DNA from: the human T2T-CHM13v2.0 reference genome, Homo sapiens
NCBI RefSeq assembly: GCF_009914755.1
Contig: NC_060934.1
Strand: one strand, 5' to 3'
Length of the DNA: 64,000 nt
Each line of letters starts with the position of its first letter. Position 1 is the first letter of the stretch. Positions 43,921-59,180 of the stretch are shown here, one piece after another. The notes under the pieces are model-generated. The model saw nothing but the letters and a program-made list of their open reading frames with translations. It made no database searches and had not been told where the DNA came from. Position numbers and translations under genes: made by a program.

Positions 43921-44230
43921 TGCTGTGGTATGCCACCAAGATCACTTTTAAGACCATGTCATTCCTCTAGCTGTCCAGAGTGTTGATTACTGTGAGCTTG
44001 ATTCCCTGGCCTCAATTAGAACAATTCTGCAGGGCTATTTACTCTAAAACTCCTGATAGAATAGGCTGAGGCCTCTGTTGCAATTGCATCATAGCTCAAC
44101 TTCTCCCTGTGTTCAGTCCGGCTTCCTTCACCCCAATAGGTGTTGCTGCTGAGCACCCTCTTCAACACACCACTTGCAAACACATTTCAGAGTCTCAGAT
44201 ATTGTTTCTCAGGAAACCCAACGTACAATG
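43921..44230 (+). mobile_element. LTR16-family (ERVL) LTR
   Basis: gctgaggcctctgttgcaattgcatcatagctcaacttctccct ... gtctcag ... aggaaaccca. Confidence 0.65.
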
Positions 44231-44289
44231 TGTGATGTTTACCTTGAAATTAAATTTCTTGTAAAATGTGTGTTGAATAGAAACTTTGG

Positions 44290-44965
44290 AGTTAATGTGG
44301 TACAATAAAAAATACTGGGGATCAGGCAAAGACACGCATGTCTGGATTTGAATTTCTGATTTCTGATTGACTTGTTCCATTATCTGAGCTAGCTACTTAA
44401 ACCTTCTGACTCCTAATTTCATTATTATTGAAATCATAATAGTTGCTTACCATGCAGGGTTCATATAAGTGTTAAATGAGAGAAGTAAAACACCCATCAA
44501 CATTATCTGATGCTTTGTAGACAGATCCTGATAAATGTTAGTTACTATATATCTCTCCCCTCCTCACACCACCTAGCTAAAAAGTCAAATTTGTGTCTTC
44601 AATTAAGGTAGGAATTCTATAACATATCTTAATTTGATTGATTAATCATAATTCATTCAATACTTACCATATGCCATGTACGATGTAGGCATTTGGGAAA
44701 TACTGATGGAGAAGCAAAACATGTTTCTTCATGGATCTTACATTCTGAGGTAAGGAGTAACGAGAAAAAGAAGCTAGAAGATGACGAGAGCTCAGGATAA
44801 AATGGAGCAGGGTAAGGGTGAACAAGGTGGTAGGTTGGAGGAATTTGCAATTTTAAGTAGGGTGGTCGGTATGGTCCTCATTGAGAAAGTGATATTTCAG
44901 CAAAGATTTGAAGGAGATAAGAAAGTGAGCCACAGCTATCTGAGAGAAGAATGTTTCTTGTCCTG
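44290..44965. mobile_element. MIR (+, about 44290-44545) and L2 (-, about 44650-44965)
   Basis: MIR core and L2 3'-end motifs. Confidence 0.6.
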
Positions 44966-45022
44966 ACAATAGGGTCTCATTAAATCTACTTGATATTGTG
45001 GATAAACTGACCATTTAATATC

Positions 45023-45404
45023 CGTATTAGTCCATTCTCATGCTGCTATAAAGAACTGCCTGAGATTGGGTAACTTATAAAGAAGAGATGTTTAATTGAC
45101 TCACAGTTCTGCGTGGCTAGGGAAGCCTCAGGAAACTTACAATCGTGGTGTACAGGGAAGCAAACACATCCTTCTTCACATGAAGGCGGCAAGAAGAAGT
45201 ACTGAGCGAAAGGGGGAATAAAACCCCTTTTATTTAATAAATCACATCTTGTGACAAATGACTCAGTATCGAAAGAACAGCAGCACAGGGTAACCACCCC
45301 CATGATTAAATTACCTCCCATTGGGTCCCTCCCGCAACATATGGGGATTATGGGAACTACCATTCAGGATGAGATTTGGGTGGGGACACAGCCAAACCAT
45401 ATCA
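45023..45404 (-). mobile_element. THE1D-like solo LTR
   Basis: gtattagtccattctcatgctgctataaag ... gagatttgggtggggacacagccaaaccatatca. Confidence 0.9.
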
Positions 45405-45469
45405 TTACATCCTTTCTCATCTCTGAGCCTTGGCATAAGTTGCCCACTCTACCTAGAAGGCCCTTTAAC

Positions 45470-45672
45470 ATACCTATTACTGTGCTTAAACATGTTTAAC
45501 AGCCAGCTCTCTGTAGGACAGGAGAGAAAGCTCTGGTGATTGCATGTTTCTGTGGTGTAAATAACCCTATCATGACCATGTTACCAATGTGGTGGCATGG
45601 AAAGTGAAATTGGAAAGAGATGCAAATTGTCTCTGGCAAGCTGGTGTGAGGGAGCTCTAACACAGTATTGTA
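45470..45672. mobile_element. MER63-like hAT relic
   Basis: aaacatgtttaacagccagctctct ... gcaagctggtgtgag. Confidence 0.55.
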
Positions 45673-48600
45673 CTTGATTTACTTCTCACAGGGTGTCACC
45701 TGTTTGAAGTTCTCTCTGCTGTAGCTCTTATCCCATTATGGTTTGATACCATTGTTCTGCCTTCCGAAAGCACACACATTCTTTTTTCTGTCATAACACT
45801 TTCATATTTTGCCTGCCCATTTATCCAAAACACTTGACCATTTTAAGAGGATGATCATTTTTACATTAGGGGTATTTAGTGTAGTTTCTGACATAGAGTA
45901 GGAACATATAGTATATTTTTAAATAACCAATTTCAGTAGGTTTGTGTTTTAAAAATTTTTTGCTTCTAATAATTGATGACAAGAAAGAATTATTATTTTA
46001 GAGTAATAATGATATTTAGATTATGATGTTAAAGAAAGCTTATATCTTTTAGAGATATATGCTGGATATTTGCAGGAAAAAAATACACGGATTATGGATT
46101 TGCTTCTGAATAATCGAGTGGTGTGGTGGGTGAGGGGATATGGAAGAAAAGATTGGCCAGAAATTCGTCATTTTTGAAACTGAATGACAGGCACACTGTC
46201 ATTTATTCTCTTTTTTTCTCTTTAGTGTTATATATGTTTGAAAAATTCCATAGCACACTGTAAATAAATTCATTCTAATTTACTTAATTTGATGTTTTTC
46301 ATAAATTGAACTTTGGGCCAGGTACAACATCGTTCTTTGCATAATTTTACTGTTAGAAAATTACATTGAGCATGGAATCACAATTCCATTAATTGATTTT
46401 TGAAGTAGTTAATATTTGGTAACCACTAATATAATTATCTTGATAATATATTTACTTTTCAGCCCTAATTGCCCTGGAAAGATATTGTATAGTTGATTAA
46501 GGAAAACAAACAAATGTACAAAACAAAACATAACAAAACAAAAAATTATGTGATCCGGAACACTTTAGAACAGGACCGGAACATAATATTCTATGCAGTC
46601 CTTTCTTGGCTTAAATAGTGTTACAGAAGTTTTTATTCATATTTACATGTTTAATTCCTATCAGTTAAAAATGATTAGTCAGGAAATTATTCATGTAAAA
46701 TTGCCACTTTGAGTTATTTTACAAAAGTGGTTTTCTGACAGACGCAAGGGAGAGATTTATGAGAGGCAAGTATAAAGCAAAATCTATTTTTTCAGTGGCT
46801 GCACATACCTACCCTGAGTGTTTTACCTAAAGAGTTCAAGGATGGATGTGAAATTGCCTAGGAAATTAGATGTAGATTTATTTTATGTTAAACCTGAGTG
46901 TAAAGAATATGTTTTAGTCTAGCAATATTAGTAAATATTGCTACAAGTATAAAGAAGCAAATCATGTCTACAGGGGCTGGAAGATCAGTGGGTACTAAAA
47001 CGAAATCTTTTGTGGCTTATTCTCTTCTATCTGGGCAGAATTTTAAGTAACTGTTTTACATTTCAAATTCAAGTTTACATGAATACATAATAATTAAATC
47101 ACATTTGATATTGATGGACTATAAGGAACTTTGCTAAAAGAATATAGACAGGACTCTGGGGAATTTCTACAAGGGAAATAGCGGATTTTAATATTTGCTC
47201 ATAAGATAGCCCAACTTTACAAGGAGTTCATTAGAAGATGATTAGCAGTGCATTTAAAATGCTTGATAGGGTCTGGTTTTTAAAAAGGAGCAGTAAGGTT
47301 TTCTTACTGCTGTAATACTTAATAAAATGCATTTCATTTACACAACACAATGAAACAAATATCTGCTCAACTAAGATGCTTTCAAGACAAATGAGATGAA
47401 AGTTTTTGCAGTTTCAAATTTCATTATCTTTATTCATTCACTTCCAACAAGACCTGATTCTACTAAGACTCAAATTTGAAATATTTATTGCCTTGAGATA
47501 TATTGCCATGTTTTTCACAAATTTGAAAAAGTTGCAAATTAACGTAGAAGTTGCAAGATTAACACAGGAAACTCCCTTATACATTTACTCAATTTCACCG
47601 GTTACTGACATTTTGCTACATTTGTTTCATCTTCTCTTTCTCTAATATATTGATATAAACATGTGTTTTTATAATATACAGATATATACTTTTTTCCTGC
47701 AGTATTTGAGAACAAGTTCAATCGTTCACCCTTTTCTCCCTAATGTCCCAATATATGTCACTCAGGAACAAGGAAGTTTTCTTATGTAATGACTATACAG
47801 TTAACAAGTTCAAGAAATTTGACATAGATATAATAGTTTATCTAGTTAACAGCCCCATGCCAATTTTGCAAGTTGTCTCAATAATGTTCTTTATGACACC
47901 TTTTTTGTCCAGTTTTCAAGCCAGTCCAGGATCAAATATTATATTCAGATGTTATGTCGCTTAGGTATCCTTTAATCTGAAACTATGCGACAGCTTTCTT
48001 TGTCTTGGTGCAGATATTTTTTGAGGACCACAGAGAAGTTATTTATTTTACATTGTCACTCAATTTGAGTTTATCTGATATTTCCTCATGACTACATTGA
48101 GGTTATGTATTCTTTGCCAGAATATTATATAAGTGACGTTGTATTCTTCCCAGGGTATCAAACACATTAGGAACCACACGACTGTCTCTCACTGGTGATA
48201 TTAATTTAGATCTTTCAGCTAGGTCATTGCTCAGAGTTTCCACTGTGTAGTGGAGAATAACCTTTTCCCTTGCAACTAATAAACAACCTGTAAGGAAACT
48301 CTTAAAGAGCATGCAAATGTTCTGCTCTGCATCAAATTATTCTCCCTCCCTCCCTCCCTCCCACTTTGATTTAGCATCCATTGATGAAGATTTCTTCCTT
48401 TCAGAAGAAATATTTTTAACAATGACTGCAAAAGGACGATTTTCTAACTCATCTACTTTCACTGCTGGAAGTCCTTCATTCTTTTCCTTCCAATTAATTA
48501 TCAATATGGACTGGTGGATTACTATTGTGTTCAATGGCTGATCAATTACTTTGATTCTCAAATTGTCCCAGACTTGACTGGGATAATCCGTTCAAAGTGG

Positions 48601-49498
48601 CTTTGTGTCCTTTTGACATGCCCACATCATTTTTTTTCCTCATGAGCACTTTCTTGTTATAATAATCTGTATCACTCTCAACTTTTATATTTTCTGTCTC
48701 AACTTTGGAGTCAAGGGCTATAAGAGCCCTGATTCTTTTTAATATGGAATGATACTTAAAAACCAATATCTGTATATTAAATGTGCTCACGGCTACTTGG
48801 GTACAATTACAATTCACTGGACCAAATGTAGGAAATTTGTGTGTGTATGTGTTCATCCCATTCCCTCAGAATTCCTTCTTGTATCCCCTATTTTATATTT
48901 GCATTCCCCCTTTCCCTGGTTCCTAACATAAACATATTTACTCTTTTTTTCAGTCCTATATTAAATGTAAAAGTTCCAGAATTGTGACATGCATAGCAGC
49001 CCAAAAATCTAGTAAAAAAAGTTAAGCTTCATTTGCAGTTTTTTCCCTTTACATGAGATTCTACAGTCAAAGTACTGGGTTCACATGTTACCTGAATTAC
49101 TTTTTTTCTCCCTTTTGTTTGATCATGTTATTTATTTGAAATATTGCTGAATTCATATATTTCTGTCTGATTCACTTCAGGTCTTTTTCCTCTTGTTTAA
49201 TTTTCTGTTTTGAATGTGTACTATGCTTTTAATGTCAAAATTATTCCAAAAAAAAGTTTACTCAGAGATCATTCCCTCCCCATCCTTTCCACCCTGTTCT
49301 CCTTCCACCTCTTATAGGAAACCAGTTGCATTCTTTTCCTTATCTTTATCTTTCTTGTATTTCTTTTTGTAAAAGTGAGTAGATACATGTCTGTTTTCTA
49401 GTTACCTCTTTCTTACACTAAAAGTAGCACACTATACACTTTTTTGAACTTTATTTTTCTCAGTATATTTTAGAAATTATATGAGTTTATAGGTATGA

Positions 49499-49750
49499 TT
49501 TTTTTTTTTTTTTGAGACAGTCTCGCTCTATCACCCAGGCTGAAGTGCAGTGTTGCAATCTTGGCTCACTGCAACCTCTGCTTCCCAGATTGAAGCAATT
49601 TTCCTGCCTCAGCCTCCTGAATAGCTAGGATTACAGGAGAGCATCACCACACCCAGCTAATTTTTGTATTTTTAGTAGAGACAGGGTTTCACCGTGTTGG
49701 CCAGGCTAGTCTCAAACTCCTGACCTCAAGTGATCTGCCCACCTTGGCCT
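49499..49750 (-). mobile_element. AluS, 5'-truncated by about 40 bp
   Basis: Poly-T plus antisense Alu ending at ccaccttggcct. Confidence 0.9.
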
Positions 49751-49841
49751 TGATTTTCATTTTTATAGCCCTTTAGTGCTCCGTTGTGTTTATGTACCCT
49801 AATTCCCTCAAACAATTCGCTATATGTGGGCATTTGAACAG

Positions 49842-50205
49842 TGTATTAGTCTGTTCTCACACTGCAAATAAATACATACCCTAAACTGGGTAATTTATAA
49901 AGGAAAGATGTTTAATTGACTCGCAGTTCCGCAGGGCTGGGGAAACCTCAGGAAACTTACAGTCATGGCAGAAGAGGAAGCAAACATGTCCTTTTTCACA
50001 TGGCAGCAGCAAGGAGAAGTGCCGAGTAAAAGGGAGAAAAGCCCCTTATGAAACCATCAGATCTTGTGAGAACTCACTCACTGTCATGAGGGTAACCGCC
50101 CCATAATTCAATTGCCTCCTACTGGGTCCTTCCCATGACATGTGGGGATTATAGGAACTACAATTCAAGATGATATTTGGGTGGGGACACAGCCAAACCA
50201 TGCCA
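49842..50205 (-). mobile_element. THE1D-like solo LTR
   Basis: tgtattagtctgttctcac ... gggtggggacacagccaaaccatgcca. Confidence 0.9.
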
Positions 50206-51499
50206 GATACTTTCCAATAATAAAAAACAACTGCATTTTTCTCCAGCAACGTATGAGGGGATTTGTTCCGTAAAGCCTTGCAAATAGGGTATCTTGTAAA
50301 CTTTTGACATTTTGCCAATTCGATGGATAAGAACTGTTATCTCAGTGTAGTTTTTCAATTTTTATTTTTAATTGTGAATGAAATTGATAATTTAAAAATA
50401 TATTTTGTTAATTCCTTGGTCATGATTTTTGCCCATTTCCCTACAGGACTTTTGGACTTCAGTTCTACATTTTTAAGGTTTCTTATCTATTAGAAAATTT
50501 ATCTTTTTTTGAGAAATATTCCACATATTTTTCACAATTTATGATTTATCTTTGACTTTGCTTGTGATTTTTCCTCATGCACAAATTTGTTTTGATTTTT
50601 ATTTAGTCATTTTTATAAATCTTGTCTTTAATTGTATCTAGATTTAAAGTCATAGTCAGAAAACCTTTTCCATGTTTTAGAGAAATTTACTCACATTTTC
50701 TTACAGTACTTATATACTTTAATATTTTGTGCTACACTGGTTTTAACACAAATAATACATTTTTAGATAAATCAGAATAAAGCTACATTTATGCCACTAA
50801 ATTGCATCTGGCAACCAAGAACAGAGTGAATTTGGCTATTCTTAGGTTTTTTTTGGTAGGAGTGTCTGAGAAATTGTGAACTGTAGTTAAGAATTCTCTT
50901 ATTTCACTAAAGCTATTTCCTTTTCAAAATAGAGAAAAAGCAAAACTTATTTTTTCCTCAATAGTAAGGAGACAAAATAGGACACCATGTTTCAATAAGG
51001 AAACTGCATGATATGCATGAAAATTTCTTGAAACACTGAGCACAGTCATTTCTTCCCCACTCCTTCATCAAGGACTAATGAACTTAGAAAACTGAGTGGT
51101 AATTCTCAAGTGCATCCCATACTCCCACCCTACCTAGGGAAAGTCAGAAAATGTGCCATAAGTGTTTCACATCCTGCTTAACTCTAATCTGTGGATGGGA
51201 CATCATTCAGATTAACCTTTATATATGCATATTACTTTTTAAGGTTAAACAAAAGGAATTATAGTATACACTCAGTTCTTTGCCTTATTTTTTTAATTTA
51301 AAAATTTGAAAAACTTCACATCCACAAAAATGCCTTGTTCTTTTTAATGACTAAATATTATTTAATAAAATACTATTTAATGAGGAAATAGTTTGTTTAC
51401 AATATCAAACAGTATATTATTTATGTTTATTAATATATAATAAATTGATATTATTTTATATATTTATATATTCAATTTAACTTAGACTTTCTTGATGGG

Positions 51500-51856
51500 T
51501 GCTATGGTTTGAATGTTGTGTCCTCTTCAAAATCCATGTTGAAACTGAATTCCCAATACAACAGTACTACGAGATAGAATCTTTAAGAGGTGTGAAAGGG
51601 CTGGAGGAAACTAGCAGGGACTTTTTGCCTTCTATCTCCTGTGCTGTGTGTGAACACAGCGTTCATGTCTTTTTCCCTTCCATCTCCCAGTGTGTGAGGA
51701 CACAGTAACAGGGTGCCATCTTGGAAGCAGATGCTGGGTCCTTACCAGACACTGAACTTGCCAGCACCTTGATCTTGGACTTCCCAACCTCTAGAACTGT
51801 AAGAAGTAAATTCCAGTCTCAGGTATTGTGTTATGGCAGCAGAAACAGACTGAAAA
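51500..51856 (+). mobile_element. MST (MSTC/D-like) LTR
   Basis: tgctatggtttgaatg ... gccagcaccttgatcttggacttccca ... gtctcaggtatt. Confidence 0.8.
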
Positions 51857-52886
51857 TGAGCATTATTTGTTTCTATGTTATTAATATTACAAAAATGATG
51901 CCCAATCACCCTTAAATATTCCACTATGTACCATCTGAAAACAAATACACGCTGTTGCACACTGACCCTCCTAATCAGAAAATCAATAATGATGCATTAC
52001 CATTCAATCCATAGATCATATTACATAAACAAAGGGTGTATGGCACATGAGTGATTGAAACTTTATTTCAGATGTATTTCTGTATTTAAAAAATGTTATA
52101 CAATGAACACGTTATTTTTAGAGTCAGAAAAATATTTTAAAATATCAAGTTTTTTTGGTCTCTTTAAGCCTTACTAAATAAGGAGATAAATGAAATTATG
52201 TTAAATATCTGGCCATTTAATTAAGTAGGATCGGAACCAGGTGGTAATTCCAAATTATGCTGAGCTCTTAGATTAACTGGGTAACTTGACTTTTAAAAAA
52301 GGTTTCACTTCAAAGGGCAGAATGGAATTCAACAACTAGCAACTAGCAAGAGTAACAAAAATCAAACCATGGGTAAGCATGGTACCCACAGCTGTGAAAA
52401 ATGCATTTTATAATTTTTTGTTATCTAATCCTGTCTTCTTGAATTACATTTGGTTGGCCATTCTCAGCAACAAATTGATGAAAAAATTCTCCTCTAAGTT
52501 AGTAGACTAGTTAGTATAATTTGGTCATTAAGATGTATCAAGTTGAGATTTTTATTTTGGTCCCACATCCAGATGTTTATTTTATCTTATATACATGTGC
52601 TAATAGATGAGATGATAATAGAAAGATCTTACAAGATATACTATACCTAATGAGATCCAGGTTTCTTACTATCAGAGAGAGAAGTTACAAATTAAGCAAG
52701 GAAGGAAGTCTGGTTTAGAAGTAGAGATGTCAGTATGAATGCAGATAAGTAGAGAAACAAGTTCAGATATATTTATATACATGGGTTAGCAAACATATTT
52801 TCTAGTTCTGTTCACTTAAGGGCCTAGAAGCAGTGACACCCTCATAGCAACCAACCAACACATCTAGGGCTTAGATTATTGTTTCT

Positions 52887-53211
<325 letters not shown>

Positions 53212-54059
53212 TAGATTGTTGTTTCTAAATACCATTACTCCATAAAGAAACCAGAACTCCTTGGAGAAATGGCTAATTCTATACCTGGGGTAGGAAATTA
53301 TAAGATGATCCTGGGGTATCTTGTAGTGCTAGAAAGGAAGGAATGATTTTTTTTTTAAATGGCTACATACAAAAAAGACATTGGAGGCAACCTGAAAGAG
53401 CTCCCAATGGGCAAAGCTAAAACAATTTGTGTAACAAAATAAATTATAATAGTATTGGATTGCAAACCATATAATAAAATAAATGTTCATAAGTCCCTAC
53501 AGATACAAGTAATTTATTTATAAATAAATAAATACTGAATAAATAAGTGAGGAAGAGGTAAATATGCCTTACAGAATAATTCTAATTAATAAATGTAGAA
53601 GAAATAAGGGAAATAGAAAAATCATCATTGGATCATCACAGTTAATAATTGCTGCAGGCAAGATCCACTGAAAATGGTTAAAATTAATGAGTTCAAACTT
53701 TAAGGTGAAAGGGGATATTTGCATAGCCTTAAACTATCTCCCTCAATATATTTGTTAATTACCATAGTCCTTCTAACATGTGTCCACATAAACATTTTGA
53801 CAAGTAAATGTTATTTGAATGTGGTAGGTAACTATTAATTAGAATGCCTTTTTCCACTAACTTTTATGGCAGGTTATCAGTTTTAAGGTTTAATCAATTA
53901 GCACATTACATAAAATGAGTATTGAGGTATAAATAAATGAGAAATTGCTGATGATCAAACCAGTCCATTTTTGCCTTCTGCTAAAATATTAATGTCAACC
54001 TGTGAAAATTACCAAGTACATTTGTCAATGCTTTGTTCTTCTACTCTTATTGACATACC

Positions 54060-54606
54060 TGTGTTAGTTTTCTATTGCTGCATAACACATTACCATGAGT
54101 TTCGAGGACTGAAAACAACATTCATTTATTGTCTCACAGTTCTGTGAGTCAGAAGTCTCAGTGGGCTTGGCTGAATTCTCTGCTGAGGGTCTCAGGAGTC
54201 TGTAATGAAGGTGCCGGGCTCTTGTCTGTTGTAATCTCTGAGGGAAAAATCTGCTTTTAAGGTCATTCCGGTTGTTGGCAGAATTTAATTCCTTGAAGTT
54301 GTGAAATTGAGGCCCCCCTTTTCTTGTCAAATGGCTTCCTCCATCTTTAAGCTAGCAAAGGTGACTATTCCCTTGTTTAGAATCTGTCTTTCTTCCCTTC
54401 TTCTACTAGTTAGAGAAGACTCTTGGTTTTTTAAAGGGATTGTGTAATTAGATCAGACCCACTTAGATAATCTCCCTATCTTAAGATCAACTGTGCCATA
54501 TAACATAACCCAATAGTGGGAGGGATGTTGCATCAAACTCATAGATCCTGGAGAATCCAGGGAAATATATCTTTGAAGAGTTATTTCAGAAATTCTGCCT
54601 ACCACA
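54060..54606 (-). mobile_element. MLT1E-like LTR
   Basis: tgtgttagttttctattgctgcataaca ... gttgttggcagaatt ... aattctgcctaccaca. Confidence 0.8.
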
Positions 54607-57600
54607 ATAACATCTTGTCTAATCTTTACAGTTATGTCTTTCATTCAGTCTTGTTCCTAACATGTGGACAAATTAAATGGAGATAAAAGTGTCCCCATTG
54701 ACTAATATGATATTTTAGACATTTGCAAACAGTATGGGCCATCATGTTGGTTTTCATCAGTGGGTTAAACAGTCTTGGGTTGCGTCAGATTTGTTTTTAT
54801 TTTGTAGAGATTTAAATGTGAGAAAACTATATCAAAGCAGAAATGTTCTAAAGAAGACATTTGAGGTGTCCTCATTGTGAAATCAAAGCATGCATTAAAG
54901 TGGTGATAGGAAAGTAACGAAGGAGCAAACCTTAATGCACATTCATGGAATTTTGATATTCATCCTCTGGTGCAGCAATCCCAAATGTACAATAATCATC
55001 TTTTTGAAAGCGAATCAGATATTTATTGTTCTGTATAAGGAAAGAGTTTGAGAAAGTAGGGCTGACTTGATGTCACGGTATGACTACTTCTGGGCAAAAA
55101 CTTCTCCTGGGGTTACCAGCGTTTCCTTCTTGATTGCTAATGAGGCTGCATTGTGAGCATGAGCACTTAGTATTTAACTTGTGGTTCCTATATTAAACCC
55201 AGTAGATTATCTCCATTGTTCTTCACACCTAATAGGCAGGTTGGTTAGACTTTTATTATGCCTTAATTTTACCTGTTAGGGAGGATGACTCATAAGGGGT
55301 ATGACAATACGTATTTTAGGTAAGAACATCTCATATCATCTCTTCAGATTTGCTCCAGCCTATTTATGTGTAAAGTAACAGCCTACCGACATACACTAAA
55401 TTTTATTTTAAATAAAATTTCCTATGCTTTTTGTTATATTTGTAGTGTAGGTTTCCGTGAGTACTAAAATTTGAAGGCTAGTAACTGAAAATAGACTTTT
55501 GTGTGTGTAATATTCCTAAGAACACACTGAAAAAAACCCCAGTTCTGACATAAAGTTTGATTCTTTTCCTTGTGATGTGGAAGCTGCTGATATTCTTTGG
55601 TCATCCTTCTATGTCTGATTACATTTCTGAGTTGTAACCTTACCCCCTTCAGCATAGAGTCCTGTGGTGTTAAGAGTTTACTCTGGCAAGCACTTTGATT
55701 GATACTTGATCCAACTTGTGTCCTCTCAAGGGCAATAAAGGATCTACAAAATGTAGAAGACTTCACATAAAATTAAGCACATCAAATACAATTTAAATAT
55801 GAAAATATTCTTGTATTGTATAATGCTTTAAGTTTTACTGGTTAGCAAAATGATGTTTTAAACCAAATTTCTATTTTGTGTGTGTGTTTTACCATTGGGA
55901 AGATTGTTAAGAACTCAAGATAAAAGCAGAATGTTGAGCCAAATTGTGGTACACAAACTGAAAAATCAATTTGCATGGTAAGTATGGTTTTATCTGCATA
56001 ATTATTTTCTTGTTAATTGTAGGGTGAAACGGCCTTAGACAAAATTCTTAGAGGCCTGTAAAATGTGGACTGTAGAATCCTGGTTTTGAATCCCAATTAT
56101 TAGCAATGTGAGTGTGACTAGATAAATGAAACTTGGTTCTTTTCAGTAAAATGGGATGATAATCTTAGTACCCCATGAAATGTGATTGTTCAAGAAAACC
56201 TTGGATGTAGAACCACTGTTAGGGTTTCCTGGCACTTGTTTAACTTTCATTGTTAGAAATACATGACAAATATTATATTGGAACATAAAGAAGTGAAGAT
56301 TACTACGTAATAGAGACGTTTTGTTTCTTTAGGTGAAAATTCAAGTGACTCTTTAAGCTGTCTTAATAGAAATAAGATGTTTCTGAAATCTTTTTAAAAA
56401 GAAGTGGTCAAATAACTGTTATCCTTTCTGAGTTCCTTGCATTTTTCCATTTGTCAGAGAAAATAACTTAAAAGTGAAATAAATTTCATCTAGCTCTAGC
56501 TACTTAAGGAATTTAGGTGCTCTGGCATTAATATTTTATGCAAAAGCAAATTGTTTTGAAAATGTACATGTGAAAGTAAAGAAAAAGCACCATGAAAGCA
56601 AGCCTCAAAAACAAAATCAATGTGAACTTCTTTACAGGAAAAGGAATTTTTCTTTTAACCTTTAAAATTGCCTCTAATAATAGATGGATGACAGGCAATT
56701 ATCTGATTTAAAGTAAAACATATTAATGCCTGCCTTGTTCAGATAGCTCTTGCAAAAAATTTTCTTCTTTGTTTTGAATTATGCAAATAATCACCTCTGT
56801 TTATTACTTCCATTTGTTAGTGTAGGTGTTGCCTTAGTCTAGATCACAGCAAAAATTGAGCTTTTTGGAGGCATCCTAAGAAGCCCAACTGTTATATATC
56901 ATGTGGGAAGAGCTGTAGTAGAGTGGAGCTTAACCTTCTATAGTTTTAAACTCTGACAACTATAGACTCTTCTACAAAAAATAAATTCCCATATACAGAA
57001 AATTATGCACACAGCGGAGGAGCTTACAGACATTCCAAAACCTGCCAGTGAAAACCAGATTAAGAACCCCTATGGTTGCAGAAATCAACTTGCTACTATT
57101 TCCCAGACAAATTGGAGAGTTGTTATTTAGCAAGCACCTTGAGATGTATATTAAAGATTCTAAAAAAGAAAATCATACAAACTGGGGAAAATGTTTGCTT
57201 AGGGGTCTATTTCTTTAATATAGAATAGATTAATGAAAGAACTGTCTTGAAAATATGGTAAATATTCTTGTAGTTGTATTATGCTTGACAAAATGATGTT
57301 TTAGGCACAATGAAGGATTTGAAATTCACCTAGATCTGTATAAAAACAAATTTATGCAATCATTCCTACTATTACTAGTTTAGTTCATACGTTTTCATTC
57401 TTCCTCGTTTGTCAATAATACTGCTAATACATTTCCTTTGTCAGCTGCTAAGCTAATTTCTTTTTTTGATATTTTTATTTAATCACTATACATTAATTTG
57501 TACTCATATCACTTGATGCTCTCTCTCTCTCTTTTTTATCTCTCATTTATATAAACCCATTATTTCATTTCTTTTATTTTATATCACCACCGTTCATATA

Positions 57601-57642
57601 TTTAAACATTAAAACCAAAGAATTCTCCCTCATGTTCATTAC

Positions 57643-58027
57643 TATCTTAGTCTGCTCAAGCTGTCACAACAAAATACTGTAGCCTGAATGGCTTAAACAA
57701 GAGAAATTTATTTCCTCTTGATTCTAGAGTTTCAAAAGTCTGAGATCAGGATGCCAGCATGGTAAGTTCTGGTGAGACCTCTCTTCCTGGCTTGCAGACA
57801 GCTGCCTTCTTGCTGTGTGCTCACAGGGCTGGTGTGGGACAGGCATCTGCACAAGCTCTCTTGTTTCTTCTCTTATAAGGACATTAATCCCATCTTGAGG
57901 ACCCTACTACACTCATGGCCTCATGTAGAGCTAAATACCTCCCAAGACCCCATCTCCAAAGATTATCACACTGGCAGTTAGGGCTTCAACCTATGAATTT
58001 GAGAGGTCACAATTCAGTCACTATCAA
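57643..58027 (-). mobile_element. MLT1A0-like LTR
   Basis: ggcttaaacaagagaaatttattt ... cctggcttgcagacagctgccttct ... ttagggcttcaacctatgaattt. Confidence 0.8.
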
Positions 58028-58139
58028 CTGCATTTGAATTGGAGTGTTTTCTTGTAGGGTTCAAACTCCTTGGGACCATTTCATGCTTATCTTTTCTCAA
58101 AGACTGCTGCTTTTTGGCCACTGGATTCTGCTAGCACAA

Positions 58140-59180
58140 CTCATTTATTCATTAACAGCCTCTAAGCCACCTGCCAGGCCCCACACTATCTGCACCTCTG
58201 CCCCTGCACCAGCTTTGTTTTACTTCTCCCCTCTATAGCCACAGTGGGCTTCCTTGCTGATTCTTAAACATACCAGGCACTCTGGCCTTTAAGCTTTGCC
58301 CCTGTTATTTCCTCTGCCTGACATATTCTTTCCCAGTATATCTTCTTGATATACTAAATTCCTCATTTTCTTTAAGTCTTGGTTCAAATATCACTCTCTC
58401 AATGAGAACTACTCTGACACCTTATTTAATTCTGCTCCCTTCTCCCACATGCCCAGTGCCCTTATCCCTAATTATTTTATCCTGGTCTCTATATTGTTTC
58501 CATAGTACTTATACTTTGATATATTATTTAATATGTTTATTTATTTTAGTTGTTCATTTTCACCTCCTAACTGTGCCCTCCCTGAACCACCAAACATATG
58601 CAAAATAGAATGTAAGCACCATGAGGGTTGAAGGCAGGGATCTTTGTCTCCTTTGTTTATTGTTAGGTCCCAAATTTCTATAACCATGCCTAACAGTAGC
58701 CATTTAATAAATATGCTTTAACAATATTAAGTGAATTTATGTATTTAATATTGAGCCAGTTGCTAGATGCAGAAATGAAATCTACAGCCCCATCATCCTA
58801 AGGAGTGTGTAGCCTAGAAACAAAGACAAGCAAACAAATGGCATCTATTGATTGCATATGATCTGTGAGTACTTTGGAGATACATTGTTGAGCAAAACCC
58901 AAGGAGGTTATAGCTTTCATGTTGCTCAAATTTAGCTAGTGATCAGGTTTACTACGAATGTAATGTACTTTCTAACTAGTGATACGTTAGTGATATGTTA
59001 GCCTTGATATGCAAGGTGCTGTGGGACCATAGCTGTGAGTGGTTGAAGTAGTCAGAGAGTGATTCCCCAGACAGGTAGCCCTGGGAAGTGAGCAGTCTGT
59101 AAGGCAGGCAATTAAGTGAGGAGTCTGTGAACAAGGAGTCTGGGGGAGAGCATTCCAGAGGGAGCAACATCTGTACTTAG
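58140..59180. mobile_element. L2 fragments (tail-to-tail)
   Basis: tagaatgtaagcaccatgaggg ... ggcagggatctttgtct ... aataaatatg, followed by antisense L2 motifs. Confidence 0.6.

Larger units (their letters stand above)
47480..50740 (-). mobile_element. Old L1M fragments, antisense, interrupted by an Alu and a THE1
   Basis: Antisense L1MC/ME-type 3'UTR and ORF2 motifs. Confidence 0.6.

Noticed and set aside
46920-46943. 10-bp inverted repeat tagcaatatt/aatattgcta
   Set aside because: Short and AT-rich; compatible with chance.
55310-55326. TAG|GTAAGA recursive-splice-like motif
   Set aside because: The polypyrimidine tract is too short to support a 3' splice site.
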